Part shown: piece after piece, positions 16,969-25,793 of the stretch
Layout of the letters: each line of letters starts with the position of its first letter
Numbering within the stretch: the first letter of the stretch is position 1
From: an uncultured Dehalococcoidales bacterium
GTDB lineage: Bacteria > Chloroflexota > Dehalococcoidia > Dehalococcoidales > UBA2162
Length of the DNA stretch: 64,000 bases
Direction of reading: 5' to 3'
NCBI GenBank assembly: GCA_964453525.1
Contig: CAYVOV010000023.1
Coordinates: 262 to 64,261, forward strand
Notes under the pieces: generated by a model
Database searches by the model: none
Told to the model about the DNA's origin: nothing
What the model saw: only the letters and a program-made list of their open reading frames with translations
Translations under genes and position numbers: made by a program

Positions 16969-17128
16969 CTTGCCTCAAAAGTCATTCTGGAGTCCGCCTC
17001 TGGCGGACGAAGAATCTCAGGGTGGGGAGTCAAGGTAATCCCCTCCTTCCTGAGACCCTTCGCGGAGTTTACACTGAGTGGAGCGAATGTGCTCCAGGGT
17101 GACAGGAACACTCGACTTTTAGGGCGAG
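16969..17128 (+). repeat. Family A MITE-like repeat, copy 1
   Basis: CTTGCCTCAAAAGTCATTCTGGAG...CTCCAGGGTGAC...GACTTTTAGGGCGAG; near-identical to copies at 43016, 53984 and 59501. Confidence 0.85.
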
Positions 17129-17330
17129 CCCTCCTTTAAGGGGAAGGGGGAGGTAAATGGAAGAGGTGGGAGTGACGCTTCAGCGTCACTCCCACCTCTG
17201 AAACTGCGTCCGCTTTCATTTGAGAGGACTCCGCCTTTCTTAAAGTTATGTTTATGTTTAGCTTCACAGTTATTCGACATCCAATTAATAATTAATAAAG
17301 AAACAGGTTCTGTCTGACTGCGTATTTTTC

Positions 17331-17359
17331 TTGATGTCGGTTTGTGTTCAATGTAAAAT
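17331..17359 (+). promoter_or_regulatory. Candidate promoter of the DUF2284 gene
   Basis: TTGATG (17331-17336), 17 nt, TAAAAT (17354-17359), 42 nt upstream of the ATG. Confidence 0.4.
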
Positions 17360-17401
17360 GGACATCACAGTTAAAGGCATTCTAAAGAGGGAGGCAAGAA
17401 A

Positions 17402-18064
17402 ATGACATCAGACGGCAGGAAGGTCCGGACACTTGGTGGCGAAGTCAGCGAGGCGGAATTAAAAAATGACCTGGAGCGCTACTGCCGGTTAGCCCGTGAG
17501 ATGGGAGCCACGGAGGCTGTTATCATGCCCGCCGGTGATGTCATCATCGATGAGCGGGTGCGCCTGAAATGTGTTGTGCCCCGCTGTCTCCGCGCTGGCG
17601 AGACTCCCAACTGCCCGCCGAATGCGCCGGACCTTGACCTGATACGTAAGGCGCTGAGCCGGTTCTCCTGGGCGATACTGCTCAAATACAACGTCGAGCC
17701 GATGGCAGAATACGCTCCGCAAAAAGGAGGGACTGATGCCAGCCAGCGGCGCACTCTTTCCTTTCACAGGAAGAGTGCCGATATCGTGTATGAGCTTGAG
17801 CGCCAGGCTTTTAAAGACGGTTATCATTTAGCGCTGGGGCTGGGCGGCGGCTCCTGCAAAGATTACCTCTGTAATGGACTCGTCTGCCAGTTCCTTGACA
17901 GCGGCCGGTGCCGCTTTCCCCAGCGTTCCCGCCCGGCAATGGAGGCGATGGGCATTGACGTTATTGACCTTATTAACAAGGCTGGCTGGGAATCTTTCGC
18001 ACTGCTGGGCGACCTCAGTGACATACCATGCGCCGTGACTGTAGGAATTGTTTTTATAAAATAG
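17402..18064 (+). CDS. DUF2284-type predicted metal-binding protein
   Basis: KCVVPRCLRAGETPNCPP and GGGSCKDYLC...CRF cysteine patterns. Confidence 0.6.
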   Translation: MTSDGRKVRTLGGEVSEAELKNDLERYCRLAREMGATEAVIMPAGDVIIDERVRLKCVVPRCLRAGETPNCPPNAPDLDLIRKALSRFSWAILLKYNVEPMAEYAPQKGGTDASQRRTLSFHRKSADIVYELERQAFKDGYHLALGLGGGSCKDYLCNGLVCQFLDSGRCRFPQRSRPAMEAMGIDVIDLINKAGWESFALLGDLSDIPCAVTVGIVFIK

Positions 18065-18114
18065 GTTATGAGTCGGCTATATAAAAGTTGCTGTTTGTGC
18101 GTAGTTGATTAAAT

Positions 18115-18213
18115 TGTCATTGCGAGGAGTACGCCAGAGGCGTACGACGTGGCAATCTCCTCTCTCGAACGTGGTGATTGCTTCGCCCCCGATACAATTG
18201 GGGCTCGCAATGA
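18115..18213. repeat. Family B hairpin repeats (two units), inverted relative to 12973-13070
   Basis: TGTCATTGCGAGGAGTACGCCAGAGGCGTACGACGTGGCAATCTC, then a second unit ending CTCGCAATGA. Confidence 0.8.
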
Positions 18214-18254
18214 AATTACTATCAAAAACCGAATAGTCCTATATAAAAAGTGAG

Positions 18255-18440
18255 GTGAAAATGCCGCAGGACATTCTTGAACTTACCGAAGGATACCTCT
18301 CCGAAGACCCCGTCAGGTGGGGCAAACTATCAAGCGATATTCAGTGGCGCCGCCTGCAACTTCTACTGCTGCGGGAAATACTTGTCGAAGTCAGAAAGCT
18401 CAATCACGGGACACAGGAAATCAGGGCAGACGCCGAATAA
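18255..18440 (+). CDS. Hypothetical small protein (about 59-61 aa)
   Basis: ORF only; AGTGAGGTGAAA precedes ATG 18261; no motif. Confidence 0.25.
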   Translation: MKMPQDILELTEGYLSEDPVRWGKLSSDIQWRRLQLLLLREILVEVRKLNHGTQEIRADAE

Positions 18441-18499
18441 CGTTCCGGCATAGTTAACTACCGGTGGTCTTTGGTCCTCCGTACTATTGCCATAGGACC

Positions 18500-19045
18500 C
18501 TAGTCCAGTAATTTAATATTGCTCTTTTCAATATCATCAACGATAATCCCGGTTGCCCACTTGGCCGTCTGCCTGATAACACACCCATCGGTTATACTCA
18601 GGAACTCCTGCGTCATCTCATCGCTGGTAAGGTCCCAGGCTTTGCCGAAGTATTTTCTCATCACATCCTTACAGAGAATGGAACCGTAGGTATCGTAATA
18701 TTTAGCCAGTAGCGTATCCCGGATTCCGATTGCTGCCCTGCCTGACGTTGCCGGGTCATCGGTATGCTGAGGGACCTGACGAGCCATGCCGTACGCCATA
18801 ACGCTGCCGGCTACGGCACCGCAGGTGCCCTCTCCCGTCATGCAGACTCCGGCAGTCAGCAGGCATATCCCGGAATAAAACTGTTCTTCCATCTCTTTCG
18901 GGAAAATATCGAAACCTCCCCACCTCAAAGCATCGGCTACCGCCAGGAAGGTGGCCTGACAGCAGCCTTTGTACTTTGCCTCGTACTCTATTCCCAGCTC
19001 CCACGCTTTATCAGTTAGTTCTTCTTTTGTCTTTTTGAGTTTCAC
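18500..19045 (-). CDS. C_GCAxxG_C_C family redox protein
   Basis: GTG at 19045 with AAGGAGG SD 8 nt upstream. Motifs KGCCQATF and GEGTCGAVAGS. The longer ORF to 19297 would run over the divergent gene start. Confidence 0.65.
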   Translation of the reverse strand: MKLKKTKEELTDKAWELGIEYEAKYKGCCQATFLAVADALRWGGFDIFPKEMEEQFYSGICLLTAGVCMTGEGTCGAVAGSVMAYGMARQVPQHTDDPATSGRAAIGIRDTLLAKYYDTYGSILCKDVMRKYFGKAWDLTSDEMTQEFLSITDGCVIRQTAKWATGIIVDDIEKSNIKLLD

Positions 19046-19207
19046 GGTTTTCGACCTCCTTCCAGGGTTTTCTCTGAGAGGTGTCAGGTCTTGATAAGTA
19101 TAACGAGGATAAGCTAGTATTGTCACATATCCAGGACTCAAGATGCCCGTTCTTCTATATAAGTTGTTGCAGTTTATCTCAAGAATAACCTTCAGGAGCA
19201 GTATATA

Positions 19208-19633
19208 ATGGCACGGATAAAAATTGATTTGCCTGAGAGTTTTGTCTTTTCGACGGAGATTCCTATCCTGATTAACAATATCAACCGAGGTAATCACCTC
19301 AGCTATGATTCGATACTACCGATGATGGAAGAGACCCGCATCCGGTTTGTACGCAGCCTCGGCTATACCCAGGAAAACATCAGCGGAGCGGCATTTATCG
19401 TCACCGATGTCGCCGTGGTTTACAAAAAACAGGGACGCCATGGGCAGATATTGAAACTTGAACTCGCACTCGCCGATTTTACCGGCAAGGGATTCGACAT
19501 CATTTACCGGATATCCGATTCCAGCACCGATGAGGAAATCGCCAGGGCAAAAATGGGCATCCTCTTTTATGATTATCAGCAACAAAAAGTGGTACCAGTA
19601 CCGGATGAGTTCAGAGAAAGATTTGCGGTCTGA
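19208..19633 (+). CDS. Hotdog-fold (4HBT/YbgC-like) acyl-CoA thioesterase
   Basis: Size and pattern (NHLSYDSILPMMEETRIRF...IVTDVAVVYKK). Confidence 0.6.
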   Translation: MARIKIDLPESFVFSTEIPILINNINRGNHLSYDSILPMMEETRIRFVRSLGYTQENISGAAFIVTDVAVVYKKQGRHGQILKLELALADFTGKGFDIIYRISDSSTDEEIARAKMGILFYDYQQQKVVPVPDEFRERFAV

Positions 19634-19723
19634 GTGATACCAGTAAGCCCACCCTAGCCCACAGTTTGCGGCGTGCCTTTGACGGACGCGGCGTTGTGTA
19701 CAGTCCCTTTGCCAGCACTACGG

Positions 19724-20164
19724 TTAAAAATCAATATCCTGGTCAGGCTGTCCTTTCGCAATCTGCCTTTCAACCAGATCGCTGAGGCTTGTGGACTCAA
19801 GGACTTTACTCACTGCATCCCTTATTTCACACCAGATATCACGGGTAGCACAGACGTCCGAACGTGGGCAGATACTCTTATCATCAACACAGTCGGTCGG
19901 AGCAATCGAGCCTTCAAGAAGTTGAATGACATCGCTCATTTTTATTTCTTCAGGAGGTCTGGCAAGTGCGATTCCGCCCCCGGCTCCACGAATACTTCTG
20001 AGAATACCTCCGGCGACAAGGGGCCTGATAACGTGTTCCAGATAACGCTGTGAAATTTCCTGCTTCCTGGCTATATCTTTCAGCAGGACCAGTCCGCCCT
20101 CCTGGTGAAGAGCCAGCTCCAGAAGTGCCCTTGTTCCGTACCTTCCCCTCGTTGAAAGTTTCAC
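19724..20164 (-). CDS. Rrf2-family transcriptional regulator
   Basis: GTG at 20164 gives (V)KLSTRGRYGTRALLELA...; Cys triad CVDDKSICPRSDVCATRDIW suggests an Fe-S sensing type. Confidence 0.8.
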   Translation of the reverse strand: MKLSTRGRYGTRALLELALHQEGGLVLLKDIARKQEISQRYLEHVIRPLVAGGILRSIRGAGGGIALARPPEEIKMSDVIQLLEGSIAPTDCVDDKSICPRSDVCATRDIWCEIRDAVSKVLESTSLSDLVERQIAKGQPDQDIDF

Positions 20165-20545
20165 TATACTATCCCCATAATTACCAATACTATCATTTTG
20201 GTATACATTACCAGACATAAACAACCACTGTCAACTTATTTTTACGATAGTACTAATAGGTTTTGATTGAATGAAGTGCTCCTCATTTTTAATATATGTG
20301 TTCCCGCCCTCCGTCTTTGAGGAAGATATAGAGGGGTCCTTCCTTTTTAGAAATCTCCCTCGCCTGCTAAAACCTTTTACGGCGGGCAGGCCTGCCCCTT
20401 CCCTTTAATAAGAGCCTTGACTCAGATATCATTCTGAGGAATCCGCCAGAGGCGGATGACAAAGAATCCCGGGGCTCGTGTTCAACCTGCTTCAAAGAAG
20501 GAAGGTAGAAGCACAAGTTTGACACCAATCAGCTGTGGCGAACAC

Positions 20546-21748
20546 CTAATCTAACTCGGCTCTTGTCCCATTCCAGGCGTGCAGATAGAGCCCTTTAACC
20601 TCGTCTGCCATTAGCACGAAAAGGCCGGGAACCACGGCCCTGCTGCGTAATTGCTCGGTGCATCTTTCGATTATCAGGTCGAGCATTGCCAGGTACTTAC
20701 TCTCCTCGATACCTGTGTCTTTAATAGCCAGGGGCATGTTTATTTTACGTTTCAGGTTATCCAGACTATCAAGGAGACCGGTAACCCTTGCCTTATCGTC
20801 TCCTTTTTCGATACCAAGTGATGTCGCCAGACTGACAAGGCGTTCTCTATGAGAGCGATAGAGGAAGGCAAAGGAGGGACAGAGCATAAAAGCGCAGGTA
20901 AGACCATGAGGTAGTCCCAGAGTAGAACCGAGCTCGTGGGCCGTTACGTGGACCAGCCATAGCGTGCCGTTGCTGAAAGCCATTCCTGCCTGAAGGGCAG
21001 CCAGGTGCATTTTCTCGCGCGCCTGCATGTTCCTGCCATCAGCCACTGCTTCAGGCAGCCAGTCCAGTATCTGCCGGCTCGCCCCGATTGCCAGGGAATC
21101 GACTATATCTGATGGCTCGGTGAGTACGTAGCACTCCGTAGCGTGAATCAGGGCATCAAAGCCGGTATTCGCCGTCACTGATGGCGGCATAGAAGCCGCC
21201 AGTTCGGCGTCGGAAATAGCAAAGTCAGGCACAAGTTGCAGAGAGTACCAGGATACCTTGACGTGAGGCTCGACAGTGTTATCGGTTACAACGGAGACGC
21301 GGGTTACTTCGGAGCCGGTACCGCTGGTGGTGGGAATAGCAGCATACTTTGCTTTATTGTGCAGCTCACGACTTACAATCTCCGGCTTAACCTCAGAAGC
21401 GGACAACTCGGCAAGGTCCGGGTGTTCATATAGCGCCCAGCCAGCCTTACCGGCATCCATTGAAGAGCCTCCGCCGAGACCGATAAAAAGGTCCGGTTTG
21501 AATTCCTGTGCCAGAGCGAAAATACTCCAGACGGTTGTATTAGATGGGTCAGGCTCCACCTTATCAAAGACTTCAACTGCTGAATTCCTTGAGGACAGAA
21601 TCTTCTTCACCTGCTCAACAAGACCAAGAGAGGCGACTCCGGGGTCGGTAACAATAAGTACCCGCTCTCCCGATACATCTTTCAAAGCCTTGATAGAACC
21701 GGGGCCATAATAAATATTCGGCGGCACGACAAACGGACGGTACGACAT
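20546..21748 (-). CDS. Iron-containing (group III) alcohol dehydrogenase
   Basis: GLGGGSSMDAGKA, DALIHATE, H...H metal ligands. Confidence 0.85.
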   Translation of the reverse strand: MSYRPFVVPPNIYYGPGSIKALKDVSGERVLIVTDPGVASLGLVEQVKKILSSRNSAVEVFDKVEPDPSNTTVWSIFALAQEFKPDLFIGLGGGSSMDAGKAGWALYEHPDLAELSASEVKPEIVSRELHNKAKYAAIPTTSGTGSEVTRVSVVTDNTVEPHVKVSWYSLQLVPDFAISDAELAASMPPSVTANTGFDALIHATECYVLTEPSDIVDSLAIGASRQILDWLPEAVADGRNMQAREKMHLAALQAGMAFSNGTLWLVHVTAHELGSTLGLPHGLTCAFMLCPSFAFLYRSHRERLVSLATSLGIEKGDDKARVTGLLDSLDNLKRKINMPLAIKDTGIEESKYLAMLDLIIERCTEQLRSRAVVPGLFVLMADEVKGLYLHAWNGTRAELD

Positions 21749-21954
21749 TTCACCTCCTGAAAATATGAAGCAGTTTCTTTGTGGCTATATAAACACTATG
21801 CCTGCCAACTGTCAAGAGCTATCACAATATCGCCGTCATTGAGAAATAACCGCACTATAATTTGGGTTGCTTTCGATATGTCTGCCGTGTTAAAACAGTT
21901 TAAGTATTAATAATATCTGTAGACAGATAATAGAGGATTCATACAGGAGGATAT

Positions 21955-22605
21955 ATGGAATTCAACGAGCTTGAAAAACTAATAAAAAGCCGGCGTTCCA
22001 TTCGCAACTGGCAGGACAAAGACGTTCCCAGAGAACTGTTAATGCAGGCACTTGAACTTGCTACCTGGGCACCCAACGGCGGCAACCAGCAGAACTGGCG
22101 CTTCTATGTAATCACAAATAAAGATATCATCAGGGCGATTGCCGGAGCAGTGCAGGCAAGTGCCGAAAAAATAGCTGGCTGGCCGGAAGCGCAGGAACTG
22201 CTTGATACAGCACGAATGGTAGAAAGGTCCGGTTTCTTTAAAGATGTACCGGCGGCAATTGCCGTGGCTGCTTCAAAATACCAGTCGCCTATTGACCAGG
22301 TGCTGGCGGCTCGGGAGCAAACAGACAATCAGGCGGCAACTATCCGGCAGTGGCGTAACACTGCGGACAGCAGGATTCAGTCCGTATCATCAGCTATCGC
22401 CTATCTGCTTCTGATACTGCACCAGATGGGCCTGGGAGCAGTCTGGATGACAGGTCCGATGCAGGCGAAAGAAGAAATAGAGAGAATTCTGAAAGTGCCT
22501 TTGGAGCTTGACGTTGTCGCCTTCATCCCGGTGGGATATCCGGAAGGGTCTCCTCCCTCCGGAGAACGCAAACCCATAGCGGAAGTAACCGAAATCATTG
22601 ACTAG
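21955..22605 (+). CDS. Nitroreductase-family flavoprotein
   Basis: RRSIRNW, APNGGNQQNWRFYV. Confidence 0.8.
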   Translation: MEFNELEKLIKSRRSIRNWQDKDVPRELLMQALELATWAPNGGNQQNWRFYVITNKDIIRAIAGAVQASAEKIAGWPEAQELLDTARMVERSGFFKDVPAAIAVAASKYQSPIDQVLAAREQTDNQAATIRQWRNTADSRIQSVSSAIAYLLLILHQMGLGAVWMTGPMQAKEEIERILKVPLELDVVAFIPVGYPEGSPPSGERKPIAEVTEIID

Positions 22606-22642
22606 GACTGCAAACAACCTATAATTAATGCACCTGAGTGTG

Positions 22643-22671
22643 GGCTCCCCTAATGGGGAGCCTACTTTTTT
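22643..22671 (+). terminator. Rho-independent terminator of the nitroreductase gene
   Basis: GGCTCCCC-TAAT-GGGGAGCC followed by a T6 run. Confidence 0.7.
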
Positions 22672-23328
22672 GATTAAGATGAGTACCTACCCCCGGTTGA
22701 AAAATGACTGCTAACCAAACCGGACTTCCTGCGTTATATAAAGTAGAAAGCGGAGAAGAGAGACAAAATGAGACTCTGGGTATTGATAGTAACAGCGGCT
22801 ATTGCTTCCGTGTTCGTGCTGTGGGTATGCACGACGATGGATGCCACAATACCGGCAGAAGAACTGGCGGCAGAAATCTGCTATGAAGATTACGCAATTT
22901 GAACGCAGTTCAAGAATAGATTCAATAAAATTGACGTTGGCGGTTCGCTCTCCGGGCTAATGGGTAATATGGCAGCTTTACTTCGCTCTCTGGCTTAGAG
23001 TGGCGTTTTCAATCACCCTATATCCTGTTTCCCACTGGTTAATTGATGAAATACTAACGTTCTCTATTCTGCATTTACAGGCCTGTATACCAGACACTTC
23101 AAAATCTATTTTTAATTTATCTATTGCATTTTTATGTTATTCGTGCTATTGTCTACGAGAAAAAAAGCGTCCGAATATCTTTTTTAGTGCTATGAAGGTT
23201 GTCACCTTCGTCTTGTCATCATCTTTAGAATATTTACGGAAAAGAACCTGTTAGTCCGTGTTATGGGGGTGCGAGATGGGATATGACCGGTAGGTTAAGC
23301 ATAGTACTTAACAGATAGGAGGACATAT

Positions 23329-24582
23329 ATGAGAAGGAAATTCTCAACCACTTTAGTCTGTTGCTCTCTTGCCCTGATAATCGCAGTCCTGCCTTTCCTG
23401 GGCGCCTGCGGCGGGGCCGCACCGGAAAAAGATAAAATCGTCATCGGCGCGGCAAGACCCCTCTCCGGTCCGTTAGCTCAAATCGGTGACTTTGCATTTG
23501 GGCCAGTCATGACACTGTGGGCTGAGGAAGTTAATGCCAGAGGTGGGTTGAATGTTGCCGGTAAAAAAATGCCGGTTGAGTTAAAGGTATATGATGATAC
23601 CAGTGATTTGGGCACTTCTACGAGACTGATTGAAAGATTGATATTAGAAGATAAGGTTGACTTCCTGTTTCCCAACTGTTCCACCGCTTTCCTCTATGCT
23701 TCAGCACCTCTTGCCAACAAGTATAAGTATGTCTACCTGGGAGCTGAGGGGGGTTGTACGACCCTCACCGCCATGCTTCCCGACCTGCCCTACGTGTTTG
23801 CGATCTTGAATTATTCCGACCACTACCAGGTACCTGTTCTTGCTGAGGTTCTTAGGGATGAGGGTGTGAAGACAGCAGCGATAATCTACATCAATGACCT
23901 CCACGGCGTAGAGTATTACCATACGGCTCTCAGCGAATTTTTGAAGTATGGCATTCAAATAGTTATGGCTGAAGCCGTTCCGCCTTTCGCTGAGGACATA
24001 GAGCTGGTACTGAAGGCGGCCAGGGATTCCGGGGCTGATGTCCTTTGCTCTTTTACTTATCCTCCAACAAGCCTATCGACTGTTGGTCAGTCAATAGCGC
24101 TTGGCTATAACCCAAAGGCTATGGTAATCGGCCCTGGGGCCTGTTTCCAATTCTTTTATGATGCGTTCGGTCCAGCGACGGAGGGAATAATTGGTTTTGG
24201 TGCCTGGAACGCCAAATCTTCTCCCGCAGCTAAAGAATTCGCTGATAAATTCATCGCCCGCTTTGGTATAGGACAAAGTGATTGGTGGGGAGCTCTACAC
24301 TATTATGCTGGGTTGCAATGTTTTGAGAAGGCTATTGAGAAGGCGGGCACTCTCGACCAGAAGAAGATAAGAGATATATTGGCTACAGAGCATTTTGAGA
24401 CTGTTCTGGGGGATACCTGGTTTGATGTTGCCGCGGGAGGTGAAGGCGGTGGAGTCTTGGCAACTGAATGTTATGCCGGGCAGATTGGCCAGTGGCAAAG
24501 CGGCGTGTTTGAGGTCATCGACCCCGGTGAGAAGCGTACCGCTCCGCCTATCTACCCCAAACCGGCGTGGCCGGCACCATAA
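23329..24582 (+). CDS. ABC transporter substrate-binding lipoprotein (Leu/Ile/Val-binding, type I PBP family)
   Basis: Lipobox LPFLGAC; PBP1 pattern IVIGAARPLSGPLAQIGD. Confidence 0.8.
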   Translation: MRRKFSTTLVCCSLALIIAVLPFLGACGGAAPEKDKIVIGAARPLSGPLAQIGDFAFGPVMTLWAEEVNARGGLNVAGKKMPVELKVYDDTSDLGTSTRLIERLILEDKVDFLFPNCSTAFLYASAPLANKYKYVYLGAEGGCTTLTAMLPDLPYVFAILNYSDHYQVPVLAEVLRDEGVKTAAIIYINDLHGVEYYHTALSEFLKYGIQIVMAEAVPPFAEDIELVLKAARDSGADVLCSFTYPPTSLSTVGQSIALGYNPKAMVIGPGACFQFFYDAFGPATEGIIGFGAWNAKSSPAAKEFADKFIARFGIGQSDWWGALHYYAGLQCFEKAIEKAGTLDQKKIRDILATEHFETVLGDTWFDVAAGGEGGGVLATECYAGQIGQWQSGVFEVIDPGEKRTAPPIYPKPAWPAP

Positions 24583-24633
24583 AAAACGCAGAATCTAGTG
24601 ACAATATTGTTACTGTTATAGCAGGCAGGCTGT

Positions 24634-24661
24634 CTGGCGGGTGTCTTAAGACACCCGCCAG
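24634..24661 (+). terminator. Strong intra-operon hairpin after the binding-protein gene (attenuator/partial terminator)
   Basis: CTGGCGGGTGTC-TTAA-GACACCCGCCAG, 12-bp perfect stem with T-rich downstream sequence. Confidence 0.5.
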
Positions 24662-24743
24662 GGGAGTTTGTTTTCTTCCGAGATTCGTTATGTGTTTTCT
24701 GACAGCCCCCACACATGGCTGCCTGAATTAGAAAGCTATTTCA

Positions 24744-25793
24744 ATGAATTTGGTAACGGTTCTGGATATAGTAATCGGCGGTCTGTTGCTGGGTGGTATT
24801 TATGCCCTGATTGCCATGGGTCTGAGTCTTCAGTACGGAGTTGCCCGGGTTCTTAACATATCCCACGGCGAATTTATTATGCTCGGGGCTTTCGCCACCT
24901 GGGTATTGTATACCACGCTCGGTATTAACCCGCTGATATCTCTGGTCATTGTTGGACCAATTATCTTCGTAATAGGTTTTTTACTGCACAAGACCTTTTT
25001 CAGACACCTCTTGACCTCTTTACCGGTATTAGGTGAAGTTATTATACTCGGAGTAATAATTTCATGGGCAATTTATGAGCTACTTAAAGTAACGAATACC
25101 GGGAATCCTCTGATTGCTATATTTATAGGTATCCCCATTGCCGTTGCCCTGGATTTTATCCTCCACAAAACCCTGTTCAAACGCATTGGAGCATCGCCGC
25201 CATCTCAGGCTGCCTATGAGGGCAGTTCGTTATTAGCCACTTTTGGAATCCTCTATATCATTCAGAATGTAGCAATTATAGTCTGGGGCTCTTCCTCAAG
25301 AGGATACGCCTTTTTAGCATCACCGGTGAATCTCGGGGGAGCGATATTTGCCACCAACCGCCTGGTGACTCTTGGCTTTGCTGTCGTTATAGGTGTAGCC
25401 TTCTATGTCTTTTTAGCCCATACCCGAATGGGAAAAGCGATTCGGGCGGCGGCTCAGGACCCGTCGGCGGCAGAACTTATGGGAGTAAATATTAACCAGG
25501 TGCTGGCTTTATGCTTTGGCTTTGGCGCCCTAATGGCCGGTCTTGCCGGCGCACTTTACAGTATGTGCTTCTCCATTCAAGCAACGATGGGGCTGGGATT
25601 CACAATAATTGCTATCATCGTGGTTGTCCTGGGAGGGCTGGGCAGTATCCCCGGCAGTTTTCTCGGGGGTTTTATACTGGGTATCATCGGTCAAATAGTA
25701 ACCTATTTTGAACCTAGTTTATCACTGGCTGCCTATTATTTAATATTCATTGTCCTGCTATTGGTGAGACCAAAGGGTATTTTTGGAAAGTAA
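24744..25793 (+). CDS. livH: Branched-chain-amino-acid-type ABC permease (LivH family) with an internal duplication
   Basis: LivH-like TM pattern; 349 aa, longer than the lengths I recall for this family; aa 62-92 and 121-151 are paralogous. Confidence 0.75.
   Translation: MNLVTVLDIVIGGLLLGGIYALIAMGLSLQYGVARVLNISHGEFIMLGAFATWVLYTTLGINPLISLVIVGPIIFVIGFLLHKTFFRHLLTSLPVLGEVIILGVIISWAIYELLKVTNTGNPLIAIFIGIPIAVALDFILHKTLFKRIGASPPSQAAYEGSSLLATFGILYIIQNVAIIVWGSSSRGYAFLASPVNLGGAIFATNRLVTLGFAVVIGVAFYVFLAHTRMGKAIRAAAQDPSAAELMGVNINQVLALCFGFGALMAGLAGALYSMCFSIQATMGLGFTIIAIIVVVLGGLGSIPGSFLGGFILGIIGQIVTYFEPSLSLAAYYLIFIVLLLVRPKGIFGK

Noticed and set aside
16899-17139. ORFs of 70-105 aa repeated at 16899-17139, 42984-43235, 59329-59728 and 42782-43126 with near-identical peptide stretches (LRPPEADSRMTFEA, HSGVRLWRTKNLRVGSQGNPLLPETLRGVYTE)
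   Set aside because: The similarity is explained by family A nucleotide repeats read in both orientations and several frames. Start, stop and length differ from copy to copy, so these are not a protein family.
19046-19297. Long N-terminal extension of the C_GCAxxG_C_C ORF (start at 19297)
   Set aside because: It would overlap the divergent thioesterase start. The GTG at 19045 has a perfect AAGGAGG SD and gives the normal family length.
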